Below are positions 24,501 through 37,796 of a stretch of 64,000 nt of DNA, in pieces. The translations under genes were made by a program, and so were the position numbers. Position 1 is the first letter of the stretch. Each line of letters starts with the position of its first letter. The notes below the pieces were generated by a model, which was given only the letters and a program-made list of their open reading frames with translations, was not told where the DNA came from and ran no database searches. Origin of the DNA: Tubulanus polymorphus (lineage: Eukaryota; Animalia; Nemertea); assembly GCF_964204645.1 (NCBI RefSeq), contig NC_134032.1:2104416-2168415 (forward strand). The letters are read 5' to 3'.

Positions 24501-27500
24501 ATGATGATAAAATGAACGAGTACTCGTTGACGTTGCGACCTAATTCTATGGGCCATTTTCAAAGACTGACTAATAATACAGCCGGGCATAGTTTCAGTAA
24601 ACCAGGAAGTTTTTACTGATTTCAATGTTAGTTGATTAGGCTTCGAAAAATGGTTATCATATCCATCGGTTACTTATCAAATAATGGCCAGAATGAATCT
24701 TTTAATCTTAAAATAGGGATGATCGTTTCTCTTTTAAATTGTTTTGTGATATATCCTAATTTTGGTGTTTTCCGGTAGCTCAGATCGCGGGTTCAGAGTT
24801 GTTGGCGCTCGCGAAAACGATCGTAGTTTAGGTCATTGAAGTAACTTATTTATCGTAATATTCATAAAATATTCTTCAATACATTACGTTGTTTAAATTG
24901 TATTTTTCGTAGACCGTCGTCCGCCGACTATAGCCGGCGGGATGTCCGGCAAGCCGGTTTATATCTCTTCGGGTTCGGATGGTGAAAGTCTCTTCTGCGG
25001 ACACATCGATGGAAGCCCGACACCGACGTAAGTTACTAAATGCCAAACGTGTTAACCTTGTTTCGTTGTGCGAAAGATGTAGTTTGGTCGCTATCACGGT
25101 TCAGACCGTTTGGGGTCTAAAGCCGCGATCACACGAGCGTTTTTGGCCCGGGACAACTGTTCACACGGGTGCCGAATGGGCCCGAGCCTGTTTGACCAAA
25201 ACGACGGACCAGGCCCGTGCCCGTGCACGAGACAAAACGTGATTGGGTTTGAATTGCAACTGGTACCAGAAATGATCCACTTCACTTTGTTAAAGTATCG
25301 TTTAGTATCGAGTGAGTAGTTTACGTGTGAACGCGCTCTCTAATAAGGCATGGGCCAAATTTGACTCGAGCCTGATCCGTGCCAATTTGGCCCGGGCCAA
25401 ATCGTCTCGTCCGTGTGATCGCGGCTAAGATATTGCCATAGTTATCCACCGACAGATTAGATACTTATTTATTACCACTGACTAAGATGTTGCATTTAAG
25501 CAGGTCAGCAATAGACGTAAACAGTCAGTTTAAAAAATAAGAGGAAAAAAAATAGCCATCCAACAACTACAGCGCCACCTTTAGTAATTATGACCTCACC
25601 TGACAACATAATTCTTACGAATTTTTCTTAATCCCTTAGCGATAGCTTGGGGCAATAGAAATACGCGAATCCATGACCTGCATTTCAAAGTAAATTTCCC
25701 GCCAATAGTTGCCGATCGATTCCTGGCTCGTGCCCGCATGTTCACTGTTTGTCCTTTTTGCTGCAGCTGTAGGCCTATAGTACACTAGTCTGAACAAAGG
25801 AAATACAGGGATAAAACGAAATATGATTTTTATTTGAAACTTGTTCAGAAGTTGTCACCAGCGGCCTCCAGTCATATAAACGGTAACAATAGTCGAATGA
25901 GAATTTGAGAGATTGTCACTTTTCCGTCATTGAAAGGGTTGAATGGTTTAAAGATGACGAACGCTTGCTGACTGATCCCGAGTTACCGCCACAGTTGAGA
26001 AGGAATTACAACACTACAACTATCACTGTGAAGAGTGACGAACCGGGCACTTACTACTGCATGGCCAGAAACAAATGGGGTGTTAGTAAATCTGTCAAGG
26101 TTGAAGTTGGCGTCGAAGGTAAATTGAGAACTAGTCAAATTAAAAGCGACAACTGAAAGAACTCGGTCCCGAGTCAAATTAAACTCACACAACTGTGGAA
26201 CTGGATCCTGAGTCAAATTAAATCCACATAACTGTGGAACTGGATCCATAGTCAACTTAAACCCATACAACTGTGGAACTGGATCCAGAGTCAAATTAAA
26301 ACCACACAACTGTGGAACTGGATCCAGAGTCAAATTAAAACCACACAACTGTGGAACTGAATCCAGGGTCAAATTAAAACCACACAACTGTGGAACTGGA
26401 TCCATAGTCAACTTAAACCCATACAACTGTGGAACTGGATCCAGAGTCAAATTAAACCCACACAACTGTGGAAGTGGATTTTGAGTCAAATTAAACTCAC
26501 ATAACTGTGGAACTGGATCCAGAGTCAAATTAAAACCACACAACTGTGGAACTGAATCCAGGGTCAAATTAAAACCACACAACTGTGGAACTGGATCCAT
26601 AGTCAACTTAAACCCATACAACTGTGGAACTGGATCCAGAGTCAAATTAAACCCACACAACTGTGGAACTGAATCCAGAGTCAAATTAAACCCACACAAC
26701 TGTGGAAGTGGATTTTGAGTCAAATTAAACCCACATAACTGTGGAACTGGATCCAGAGTCAAATTAAACCCACACAACTGTGGAAGTGGATTTTGAGTCA
26801 AATTAAACCCACATAACTGTGGAACTGGATCCAGAGTCAAATTAAAACCGCACATATTACTGTGGAACGGGGTTCAAAGTTAAATCAAACCCACACAACT
26901 GTGGAACTGGATTCAGAGTCAAATTAAACCCACACAACTGTGGAACTGGATTCAGAGTAAAATTAAACCCACACAACTGTGGAACTGGATTAAGAGTCAA
27001 ATTAAACCCACACAACTGTGGAACGGGGTTCGAAGTTAAATTAAACCCATACAACTGTGGAACTGGATTCAGAGTCAAATTAAACCCACACAACTGTGGA
27101 ACTGAATCAAGAAACAAATTGAACCCAACTGTGGAACTGAGTTCAGAGTCAAATTAAACCCACATAACTGTGGAACTGGATCCAGAGTCAAATTAAACAA
27201 ACACAACTGTGGAACTGGATTCAGAGTCAAATTAAACCCACACAACTGTGGAACTGGATTTAGAGTCAAATTAAACCTACATAACTGTGGAACTGGATTC
27301 AGAGTCAAATTAAACCCACACAACTGTGGAACTGGATTTAGAGTCAAATTAAACCTACATAACTGTGGAACTGGATTCAGAGTCAAATTAAACCCACACA
27401 ACTGTGGAACTGGATCCAGAGTCAAATTAAACCCACACAACTGTGGAACTGGATTCAGAATCAAATTAAACCCACACAACTGTGGAACGGGGTTCAAAGT

Positions 27501-30500
27501 TAAATTAAACCCATACAACTGTGGAACTGGATTCAGAGTCAAATTAAACCCACACAACTGTGGAACTGTATCCAGAGTCAAATTAAACCCTCACATATTA
27601 CTGTGGAACGCGGTTCAAAGTTAAATTAAACCCACATAACTGTGGAACTGGATTCAGAGTCAAATTAAACCCACACAACTGTGGAACTGTATCCAGAGTC
27701 AAATTAAACCCTCACATATTACTGTGGAACGGGGTTCAAAGTTAAATTAAACCCACACAACTGTGGAACTGGATTCAGAGTCAAATTAAACCCACACAAC
27801 TGTGGAACTGGATTCTAATACGGTGTACGCTGTTGATTGTTTGTAGAAATTTCCCGAAAACAGAAAGTCGAATCATACGGTAATAAAACCGTCAAACTTT
27901 ACGATTCATTCGAGCTGAAATGCGACGAGAAACAAATCGTCGGCGTGACACCCGTCGAATCTACCAATTACCACTGGACATTTGGTTCAATGAATAATGA
28001 TATCACACCAAAACCGATACCCGTCGACCCGAACAGATACGTGAAAACTGAAAATGGTAAGTCACTCATTCCGGCAAAATGTCATTATACAGTCGAACCT
28101 CGTTAGGTTCGAAAATTGAAACAATTACCGAATTTCGTGTCAACTATTTGATAAAAATGTTCCACAATCCCCAAAGTCCATTATTACCTGAAATGCTGGT
28201 ATACACTTTAACTGCCAGAGACGTGCGCGATCGATAAATCCCGACGATGCATTAAAACGAGTCAAACTTTAAAAAGGGGAAACTCATTATGGACCATCGT
28301 TCTAAGCGTGCTATTTACTATGAATAATGTCCATTTCAACTTGACTTGAGAGCTTACCGTGCGGCCTTGTGATAGAATTATAGGAGAAAACGGGTTAGAA
28401 CCTTGACCAACGTTTGGAAGATCAAGAACACAGATGTTGATACATTTGAAACCAAAAGCGAAGATGCTAGCCAGATTAGCCAAATCGAACAATATTTCAA
28501 GTTTAAAACCCGCTATATACAGAATTTCAAAGATTAAAAACCATTTTTACCCTAGCGAGAGATTGTCGCCAGGTAGTTTTAAGTTTAAAACCCGCTTTAA
28601 ACAGAATTTCAAAGATTAAAAACCATTTTTACCCTAGCGAGAGATTGTCGCCAGGTAGTTTTAAGTTTAAAACCCGCTATATACAGAATTTCAAAGATTA
28701 AAAACCATTTTTACCCTAGCGAGAGATTGTCGCCAGGTAGTTTTAAGTTTAAAACCCGCTATATACAGAATTTCAAAGATTAAAAACCATTTTTACCCTA
28801 GCGAGAGATTGTCGTCAGGTATAGTTGAAGTAAGCCTATAGGGTAACAGCGTTATTCGGCTGGAAACTAGCTGTTGTCGAGCACAGTCTGCATTTTGATA
28901 GTATTAGTATATGCTGGGGCGTAGGGGGGGGGGGGGTGGGGGTGGGGGGTGGTCTAGTAGCCAAACCTTTCATTTTCGTATTATAAAAGCTGAGACCAGA
29001 TCATGGGTAACTCCTTCCGGCCTTGTTACATTTTCCGTGTCAAAATAGCATAATTCATCTTCGTAGAATATAAGAAATTCGTAGAATTTGAGAAATAGTT
29101 GATAGAACATTGAATTTTGGAAAAAAATCCGGATGTCGACACGTGAATGCACGCACAAGCGACGCCTGGTGGATGATCCTTCCAAGAGCCCCGAGCCTCG
29201 ATTGCCGCAGTATTTGTCGCTTGCGCCAAACAAACTATCGCTGCCAGAAATTTTATTTCTATAAACCATATTCTTTAGATAAACCCTGGGACCGGTTGCA
29301 TAGTCATGGTTTAGACTTAAGACCTGGTTAAGACCAACTAAGTTTTATAGCCAATCTAACAACTTAAGATTTAAGACCACTATTAGACTTAAGTCACGAC
29401 TGTGCAACTGGCCCCTGGGGCCGGTTCCATAGTCAAGATTTAAGTCAAAAAGTGGTCTTAAATCTTAAGACTGGTCTTAAGCTGTTAGATAAGCTATATA
29501 ACTTAAATAGTCTTAGACTAGTCTCAAGTCTAAGCCATGACTATGGAACCGGCCCCTGGTGTTAACTGAATATCACTAGAGCCCCGATTTATTCTGTTTT
29601 TCTGATGGTGTGGTGAATATGTAAATTGTTTTGCAGGTGATTTAATTGTATCCCACGCTGAAGTAGATGACAGCACCACTGGACAGCATTTATACGTCTG
29701 CAATATATGGGGTATAACTTCCGGAAAGTCTGCTAGTCTACACCCCATCAAAGTCCTTGGTACGTGATATGACACCCGCCGGGTGTTATTTTGATTATGA
29801 TTCTCAATTCGAAATAATATATACTGTACCCACTACTGGAAGGTTTTGAGGAGGAGAAAAATTATGATTAGTTACTAATGACAACCTTCTCATTCTCAAT
29901 GACTGAAACCATTCAGTAAAATTATGATTAGTTACTAATGACAACCTTCTCATCTCAATGACTTAAACCATTCAGTAAAATTATGATTAGTTACTAATGA
30001 CAACCTTCTCATCTCAATGACTTAAACCATTCAGTAAAATTATGATCAGTCACTAATGACAACCTTCTCATCTCAATGACTTTAACCATTCAGTAAAATT
30101 ATGATTAGTTACTAATGACAACCTTCTCATCTCAATGACTCAAACCATTCAGTAAAATTAAGATTAGTTACTAATGACTCCCTTCTCATTCTCAATGACT
30201 CAAACCATTCAGTAAAATTTTGATTAGTTACTAATGACTCCCTTCTCATTCTCAATGACTCAAACCATTCAGTAAAATTTTGATTAGTTACTAATGACTC
30301 CCTTCTCATTCTCAATGACTCAAACCATTCAGTAAAATTTTGATTAGTTACTAATGACTCCCTTCTCATTCTCAATGACTCAAACCATTCAGTAAAATTT
30401 TGATTAGTTACTAATGACTCCCTTCTCATTCTCACTGACTTCTACGATTCAGTACAATTATGATTAGTCACTAATGACAACCTTCTCATCTCAATGACTT

Positions 30501-33500
30501 AAACCATTCAGTAAAATTATGATTAGTTACTAATGACAACCTTCTCATCTCAATGACTTCAACGATTCAGTAAAATTTTGATTAGTTAGTTACTCACAAC
30601 AACCTTCTCATTCTCAATGACTTCTCATTCTCGAAGACTTAAAAACTTCAGCACGATTATGATGACAGCAACGATTCAGTAATATTATAAAAAAAGTTAC
30701 TGTAGACAGTCTTAATATTCCCTGATTCAGTAAAAAGTTTATCAGAAAAATGATTAAATAATATCTAATTCTCATTCAGTAAGATATTGATGAGTTAATG
30801 TCGACGACCTTCTCATTCTCGACGATCAAAACACTTTTTTTTCTAGACGATACAAATCAGCACACGACTAAACCCGTCGCTTTGAAATATCCCGTAAGCG
30901 AAGGACGCCGGAACATGAATCCAAGGCCAACGTTGAACGGTAGCGCGATAATGCTGCCTTGTTTATTCACCGGAATGTAAGTAAAGACCGATGAAATGAT
31001 CGTTAAAAAAACGATACGCGGAGTCGGACTCGGGTCTTTCCTGCGCGATAGGCAGATTTACCACAGCTGTTTGTGTTGTGTGGTATATCCTCCTTTCTCG
31101 TGACATATGTGTGATATCGTTCCTGCATATACCATGGAGGATGGTTGGAGTGTAAATAAAATCGTAATCGTAATTCGTAATCATAGATATTAGTGAAAAT
31201 TAGTTCATTTTAATGAACTTTGAACTGGATTTTTAGGCTCCCAAATGGAAATTTCGCTAAACAAGGCATCAAGTATACATCAGATCGGTGTCCCCAATGA
31301 GTGCATGGTAGAGTTTTACAGGAAAAATGATTTGCCGATGAGAGAAATTGATTCGAATTGAAATGAAATATAGAAGAAATTGAAGCGCGGTAACCGAGTA
31401 ACCACTAGTGACACCTGGCGGATCCTCGCCTGCCATAAGCGGAATCCTCGATTGCCACAGTTAGCGGTGCCGGTTCCCCATTCTAATGACTGTTTGCACT
31501 TGACGGCCAATCTGACCGGCTGTGTCCATCTGTATCAATTACGACAAATTTTTTGATTTTCTTTTAAATATCGTCGTTGATTGGTTATTTCTCACTAGAC
31601 CGTACGTGGCCGTTGATTGGTACAGAGAGGCCGCCGGCAACGGAAGACAAAGCGTCAGCAGCGGGCAAAGCGTCAATGGCAGCCAAAGCGACAGCAGTAT
31701 GGAACCAGTCAAGGTCGGCTCCAACACAACCTCGTTGAAGATCGGTGACGGCGGTGCTGATATGGTGGAAGGAATCTATTATTGTAAACCTCGTAGACAG
31801 GATGAACCGAGAGCTTATTACAACGTAACCATCGAGCGTGAGTTTCCCTCTGTCAATAGACATTCGAATAGCCCCTTAGATAATAGATTACGAGCCAAAT
31901 TTTAGCACGGGTATGATCATTGAATTGCGACCCGATACTAGCAGGTACCGAGATTGATAGCACGAATATGGGAAGTGGTATGGCGGCGACAGCGCTATCC
32001 CTAAATTTATGCAAATTTTCTCATTCCAGAAAAGCCCGAATGGATTTCGAAGCCGAAAAACGTTCTGATATTTCCGAAGGAAGAGGCCGTATTCGAGTGC
32101 AAAGCTAAAGGCAAACCACAACCGGCGATTAGCTGGATCGTCGACGGTGTCGATTACGAACCCGGGAAATGGATCGGTAGGTCTTTACGAAATACAAATT
32201 CGATTAATTTGTTTTAGAAGATTCGTAGAGGAGTTATTGTTATTATCATTCTTATTATTATTATTTATTATTATCATTCTTATTATTATTATTATTATTA
32301 TTATTTATTATTATCATTTTTATTATTATTATTTACTATTATCATTATTATCTTCATATGTGATTAACACTTTATTTATTATCACTTTATTTTTATCAGT
32401 TTATTATTTTTTCTAAGTGCAATCCTCTATCAGGTTCAGCCTTTAGGGCTTGGGGTTGTCCTTCTTATATATGTGCCTATTTATCTATGAAATTATATTC
32501 AAACAAATTATGTTTATAAATCTTGTACATACCATAAGTAAATAAATCATTTGTTCATTGTTTCTAATCAATTTCATTTTTGCACGCGTCAAAATAAAAA
32601 AGATAAAAATAAAAATGTGCATTCCGCATGCAGAAATCTGTTATCGTTTCTTTTTTTTGAAAACAAGTAAAACACTCCCGCACTCGTCCCGATAAATAAC
32701 CTGATCACGCTTATATATAAATAATCTTGTGATCTTGTCTCACGGTCGCTTCTCAATTTTTACTGTTGCAGGTGAGCATTTCGGTAACGAAGTGCTTTCC
32801 AACCTGATTCAAGGTCGCAGACGCCCGAATTTCACCATTTAAATAATGAAAAAAATATAGTCCCCCTCCACACTTTTTTTGAATTTGGAATAAGGCATTT
32901 TATTTTATATTTTTAAAGAAAGGGGACGTAAAAATAAAAACCCTCGCCACTTCAGAAACAGGGTATTTCGGTGCGTGGCCTTAACATGTCTATTTGAAGT
33001 ATATACGAGCTTAATGCATAGTAGCCACCTGATAAACTAGTTTACCTTTAAGTACTAAGTCCGCCCCGTCGAGTTTGTTATTTAGCTAGCTTTAAAACTC
33101 ATGTTTTCCGTTTCGTCCGCACTATTTCAGATAGCCAGGCGAATTTCACCGTCACTGATGAGTCGTTCGCGTTCACATCCATGCGCGATGACGTCAAGTT
33201 CAAGGTCGTCCAGTGCCAAGCGTTAAACGAACACGGCGCGATCATTTCGCCCGCTTATGTCGGCGTGATGGGTAAATTTAGAAATTTCTTTTCTATCGCG
33301 CGAAATACCATATTATATCAGAAATATCTGATAATTGAAATAAGAGTAAATTACAAAAGAATTCTTTCACTTTCACTATACGATATACTACAAAAAATGG
33401 CAATTTCTAAAAATCAAAATTTAGCCCTGCTGGAGTATCACTAACACTTAGATCTGGACTCGAGTATCTTGGCCGAGATATACCATACCGGACCCGTAGC

Positions 33501-36500
33501 CAGGATTTGTAAGGGTCTGTCCGAATAAAGGCAAAGTTCTGCGAGGAAATTATGGTCGATTTCATGTAGCGTGTGGGTGCCGATTTTTTTGGTAAAAACA
33601 CGGCGGCATTTGCGTTTGTTTTTGAACACGAAGCATCTTTTTCTAACACCCAACTGAAGTTTATTTCGTTAGTGCGGGCAAACCTTTTTGTAGGCACTCG
33701 GAAAAAAATATATTTGGGGTTCGAACCCCAGCCACGCACGCAGGTCATCGGTATAATCAGTTATCGATGCGTTTTGTAGATCGTATTGAAGTAGCTAATA
33801 ACACGAATAAAGCGATGGACGCCAAGAAGCAAGTAGACCCGATTAAACTGCCGTGTTTGCTCTGGTACGACAGGCTGATGCCCCCTAGCGTCGAGTGGAG
33901 CCGTAACGGAACATCTATCAGCGAATCCGAAAAAGGATTCGAGGTAAATTTCAGTGCGTCATTGACGATTTGTCTTAGGGGTACCACGGTCTATCATTAA
34001 ACCGGGTCCAGGTTGGGGACCTTTCCCTAGGGGTAACTTTGATACCCAGTCTATAAAACCGGGCCCAGGTTATGGATTTGTCTCTAGGGGTAACTTTGAT
34101 ACCCGGTCTATCCTTAAACCAGGTCCAGGTATAGGACTTATCCCTAGGGTTACCTTTGATACTCGGTCTATAAAACCGGGTCTAGGTTGAGGTTTAACCC
34201 CTATAGGATAACTTTAAATTCAATTTTAATTGAATTCCAATTGTTTTTATGTCAATTACCCAGCGGTACAAATATTCGCTGATCATATTTTAATTAGGTA
34301 AAACCTTTGAGTAGAGGGAATGAGCTTGTGATCGACCCCGGCAAGTTCGACAAAGCAGATCCCTGGCTGGGAAAATACGTGTGCAAAGCGTCGTCCGGAC
34401 GAGAAAAGGCGAGCGTAGAACATATTATCAGGCGTAAGTTCACTATAGGGAAGATTATTTCATAATCATGGTTCATGTTTGCGTGGATTGAATACAATGA
34501 CACAATTAGAAAACATAAAAAACTAAGAGAGTAGTGACGTTTAGACTCAATTCTATGAGCCATTTTCAAAACTAAGATAGTAGTGACCTTTAGACTGAAT
34601 TCTATGAGACATTTTCAAAACTAAGAGAGTAGTGACGTTTTAGACTCAATTCTGTAAGACATTTTCAAAACTAAGATAGTAGTGACCTTTAGACTGAATT
34701 CTATAAGACATTTTCAAAACTAAGAGAGTAGTGACGTTTAGACTCAATTCTATGAGACATTTTCAAAACTAAGAGAGTAGTGACGTTAAGACTGAATTCT
34801 ATGAGCTATTTTCAGAAACTAAGAGAGTAGTGACGTTTAGACTCAACTCTATGAGACATTTTCAGAACTAAGAGAGTAGTGACGTTTAGACTCAATTCTA
34901 TGAGACATTTTCAAAACTAAGAGAGTAGTGACGTTAAGACTGAATTCTATGAGACATTTTCAAAACTAAGAGAGTAGTGACGTTAAGACTCAATTCTATG
35001 AGACATTTTCAAAACTAAGAGAGTAGTGACGTTTAGACTGAATTCTATGAATCATTTTCAAAACTAAGAGAGTTGTGACGTTTGAACTCAATTCTAGGAG
35101 CCATTTTCAAAACTAAGAGAGTTGTGACGTTTAGACTGAATTCTATGAGCCATTTTCAAAACTAAGAGAATAGTTACGTTTAGACTCAATTCTATGAGAC
35201 ATTTTCAAAACTAAGAGAGTAGTGACGTTTAGACTCAATTCTATGAGACATTTTCAAAACTAAGAGAGTAGTGACGATTAGACTCAATTCTATGAGCTAT
35301 TTTCAAAACTAAGAGAGTAGTGACGTTAAGACTCAATTCTATGAGACATTTTCAAAACTAAGAGAGTAGTGACGTTTAGACTCAATTCTATGATACATTT
35401 TCAAAACTAAGAGAGTAGTGACGATTAGACTCAATTCTATGATACATTTTCAAAACTAAGAGAGTAGTGACGTTTAGACTCAATTCTATGAGACATTTTC
35501 AGAACTAAGATAGTAGTGACGTTTAGACTCGATTATATGAGACATTTTCAAAACTAAGAGAGTAGTGACGTTTAGACTCAATTCTATGATACATTTTCAA
35601 AACTAAGAGAGTAGTGACGATTAGACTCAATTCTATGATACATTTTCAAAACTAAGAGAGTAGTGACGTTTAGACTCAATTCTATGAGTCATTTTCAGAA
35701 CTAAGATAGTAGTGACGTTTAGACTCGATTATATGAGACATTTTCAGAACTGAGAGAGTAGTGACGTTTGGACTTGAATTATTAAGTATAAGAAGAGTTT
35801 ATCTGAAATACTTTGAAAAAAAAAAACCGTTTAGACTATAACCTGAATGAGTCGTTTTTAAAACAGTCCTTATTTTCAAATGCTATTATCTTAGTTTGTC
35901 TTCGTGCTTGCGTCTCATCTTTAGAATCCGCTTGATTTGATTCTATCTGTGAATTTCAACAGGTCTCGCGGTCGAGAAACCAGCTCCGGCCATCGGCAAA
36001 CAGACGAACGTCATGCCAGCGATGCCACTTTGGTTGATCATCGTCATTATCGTCGGTGGGATCCTTTTCATCGTTATCGTCATCGTCATCGTTTACAGGA
36101 TTGCCGACAGTCGGCGCAACGGTGCCGATTATCCGGGTTAGTTTACATCGGGAATCCAGCGCAAAAAAAGGGTTGACCGGAATTTCCCAAAGTTTTATTG
36201 TCTTCTGTGAATTTACTTATGAATTTGGTTTGAATTTAAACTGGTCCTAAGTTTTTAAATTGGATATAGAAACACAATAATCTTAGACTGGTCTTAAGTT
36301 GTTAGATTGGCTATAGAACCAAACTGATTTTAGACTGGTACTAAGTTGTTAGATTGGTTATACATCCAAAATGAGCTTAGACTGGTCTTAAGTTGTTAGA
36401 TTGGTTATTGAACTAAAATGAGCTTAGACTGGTCTTAAGTTGTTAGATTTGCTATAGAACCAAAATGAGCTTAGACTGGTCTTAAGTTGTTAGATTGGTT

Positions 36501-37753
36501 ATAGAACCAAAATGAGCTTAGATTGGTCTTAAGTTGTTAGATTGGTTATAGAACCAAAATGAGATTAAACTGGTCTTAAGTTGTTAGATTGGTTATTGAA
36601 CTAAAATAAGCTTAGACTGGTCTTAAGTTCTTAGATTGGTTATTGAACTAAAATGAGCTTAGACTGGTCTTAAGTTGTTAGATTGGTTATAAAACCAAAA
36701 TGAGCTTAGACTGGTCTTAAGTTGTTAGATTGGTTATACATCCAAAATGAGCTTAGACTGGTCTTAAGTTGTTAGATTGGTTATTGAACTAAAATGAGCT
36801 TAGACTGGTCTTAAGTTGTTAGATTTGTTATAAAACCAAAATGAGCTTAGACTGGTCTTAAGTTGTTAGATTGGTTATAGAACCAAAATGAGCTTAGACT
36901 GGTCTTAAGTTGTTAGATTGGACATAGAACCAAAATGAGCTTAGACTGGTCTTAGGTTGTTAGATTGGTTATAGAACCAAAATGAGCTTAGACTGGTCTT
37001 AAGTTGTTAGATTTGTTATAAAACCAAAATTTGATACCAAAACCGGACGAGGATCTGATGACTAGAACTCAGTAGAGAACAAAGCTGTTGACCAGTGCAT
37101 ATGTATAATACTCATTTTGATATGATCCAACAATTATTTTTCTGATCATTTCAGTCGATAAACTTGAGAAAGCTTCCGGTAACGACCCTAAACAGGAGTT
37201 GAAGGACACGGGATTCCGCGATTTTTCGCCGAAAAATGCGAGACCCGCCCAAATCGACATTGATGATGAAGCATTCGAAAACTCTGCCAAAGTCGGAATC
37301 GTAAATCCCACACTGGTCGCCTCCGACGAGGACGGCCATCCCATGTTGGTCGGCTCCGACGACGATAACACGACTCAAGCAGACGATCCGGTCCAAACAC
37401 CGGAGCCGACCAACTCCACCGAGAACCCAGCACCGGAGCCGACCATCTCTACCGAGAACCCAGCACCGGAGCCGACCAACTCTACCAAGATCCCAGCACC
37501 GGAGCCGACCAAACCGACAGACGGACTGGAACTTGGAGCTCCAGATGATGGCGAAATGGGAGATGATGAAGGCGGCGGGGTTGGTGGCGCCATCGAGGAG
37601 AAAGATGTTTCACCAGCGCCACCTGCATCCGGCAATGTGAATGAGCAGGAAGCTGCTGTCGACGCCCCTCCTGCAGCTGATAACACAAATCAGCAACAAA
37701 CGGCTGTAGACGCAGATTCTACACCATTTTTCAACGAGTCAGCAATTATCTAG
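21534..37753 (+). CDS. L1CAM/neuroglian-related type I membrane protein with 5 Ig domains and no FN3 (~817 aa, 13 coding exons)
   Basis: Exons 21534-21627, 24913-25027, 25937-26118, 27847-28056, 29637-29759, 30847-30976, 31599-31837, 32030-32176, 33131-33271, 33780-33943, 34298-34433, 35963-36136 and 37155-37753. All introns are GT-AG and phase-compatible (2454 nt total). Signal peptide; Ig C...W...YxC motifs; L1 Ig4-like KPEWISKP..FECKAKGKPQPAISWIVDG..VVQCQALNEHG; TM LWLIIVIIVGGILFIVIVIVIVY; L1-type juxtamembrane RRNGADYPVDKLEK.GNDPKQELKDTGFRDF. Confidence 0.88.
21750..23577. repeat. 69-bp intronic satellite
   Basis: ccaatatcacttctctccagggagagatgactgatacacagttacagatataggctaggggtaataata; period 69 (21781 to 21850). 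Confidence 0.95.
23611..23832. mobile_element. Two adjacent short MITEs
   Basis: First, 23611-23719: ggacccagttccacagtt...aactgtggaactgaacc. Second, ~23724-23832: ggtccagtttta...taaaaccgggcc, with relatives near 18040-18135 and 34000-34200. Confidence 0.6.
25121..25426. mobile_element. MITE, PIF/Harbinger-like
   Basis: TIRs agccgcgatcacacg / cgtgtgatcgcggct in a TAA context; internal tggcccgggcca palindromes. Confidence 0.7.
26150..27815 (-). repeat. 39-bp satellite
   Basis: aactgtggaactggatccagagtcaaattaaacccacac tandem; gives the 13-aa repeat ORFs. Confidence 0.95.
28499..28820. repeat. 82-bp tandem repeat, ~4 copies
   Basis: gtttaaaacccgc recurs at 28501, 28583, 28665 and 28747. Confidence 0.9.
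29289..29555. mobile_element. Two abutting MITEs of one family with CTG target-site duplications
   Basis: Second copy 29418-29555 reads ctg|gggccggttccatagtc...gactatggaaccggccc|ctg. First copy 29289-29414 is in the opposite orientation. The interior matches the 47-bp satellite. Confidence 0.8.
29858..30625. repeat. 59/60-bp satellite
   Basis: aaaattatgattagttactaatgacaaccttctcattctcaatgactcaaaccattcagt tandem. Confidence 0.95.
32235..32412. repeat. Degenerate (ATT)n low-complexity tract
   Basis: Seen directly. Confidence 0.85.
33978..34215. repeat. ~57-bp tandem repeat, ~4 diverged copies
   Basis: gggtaactttgatacccggtctataaaaccgggtccaggtt units. Confidence 0.75.
34518..35775. repeat. 49-bp intronic satellite
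   Basis: aaaactaagagagtagtgacgtttagactcaattctatgagacattttc; period 49. A diverged solo monomer lies at ~24518-24567. Confidence 0.95.
36282..37030 (-). repeat. 47-bp satellite (same family as 19873-20930, opposite strand)
   Basis: Reverse complement of the same unit. Confidence 0.95.
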
Positions 37754-37796
37754 TCACGTGGTGGCATCATTAGCTGACAGTGCCAAATATATGTGT

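Noticed and set aside
25983-27581. ORFs with LCGFNLTLDPVPQ repeats (also 50692-51253, 53439-54192 and 61268-61459)
   Set aside because: The 39-bp satellite period is divisible by 3; copies occur on both strands and inside introns.
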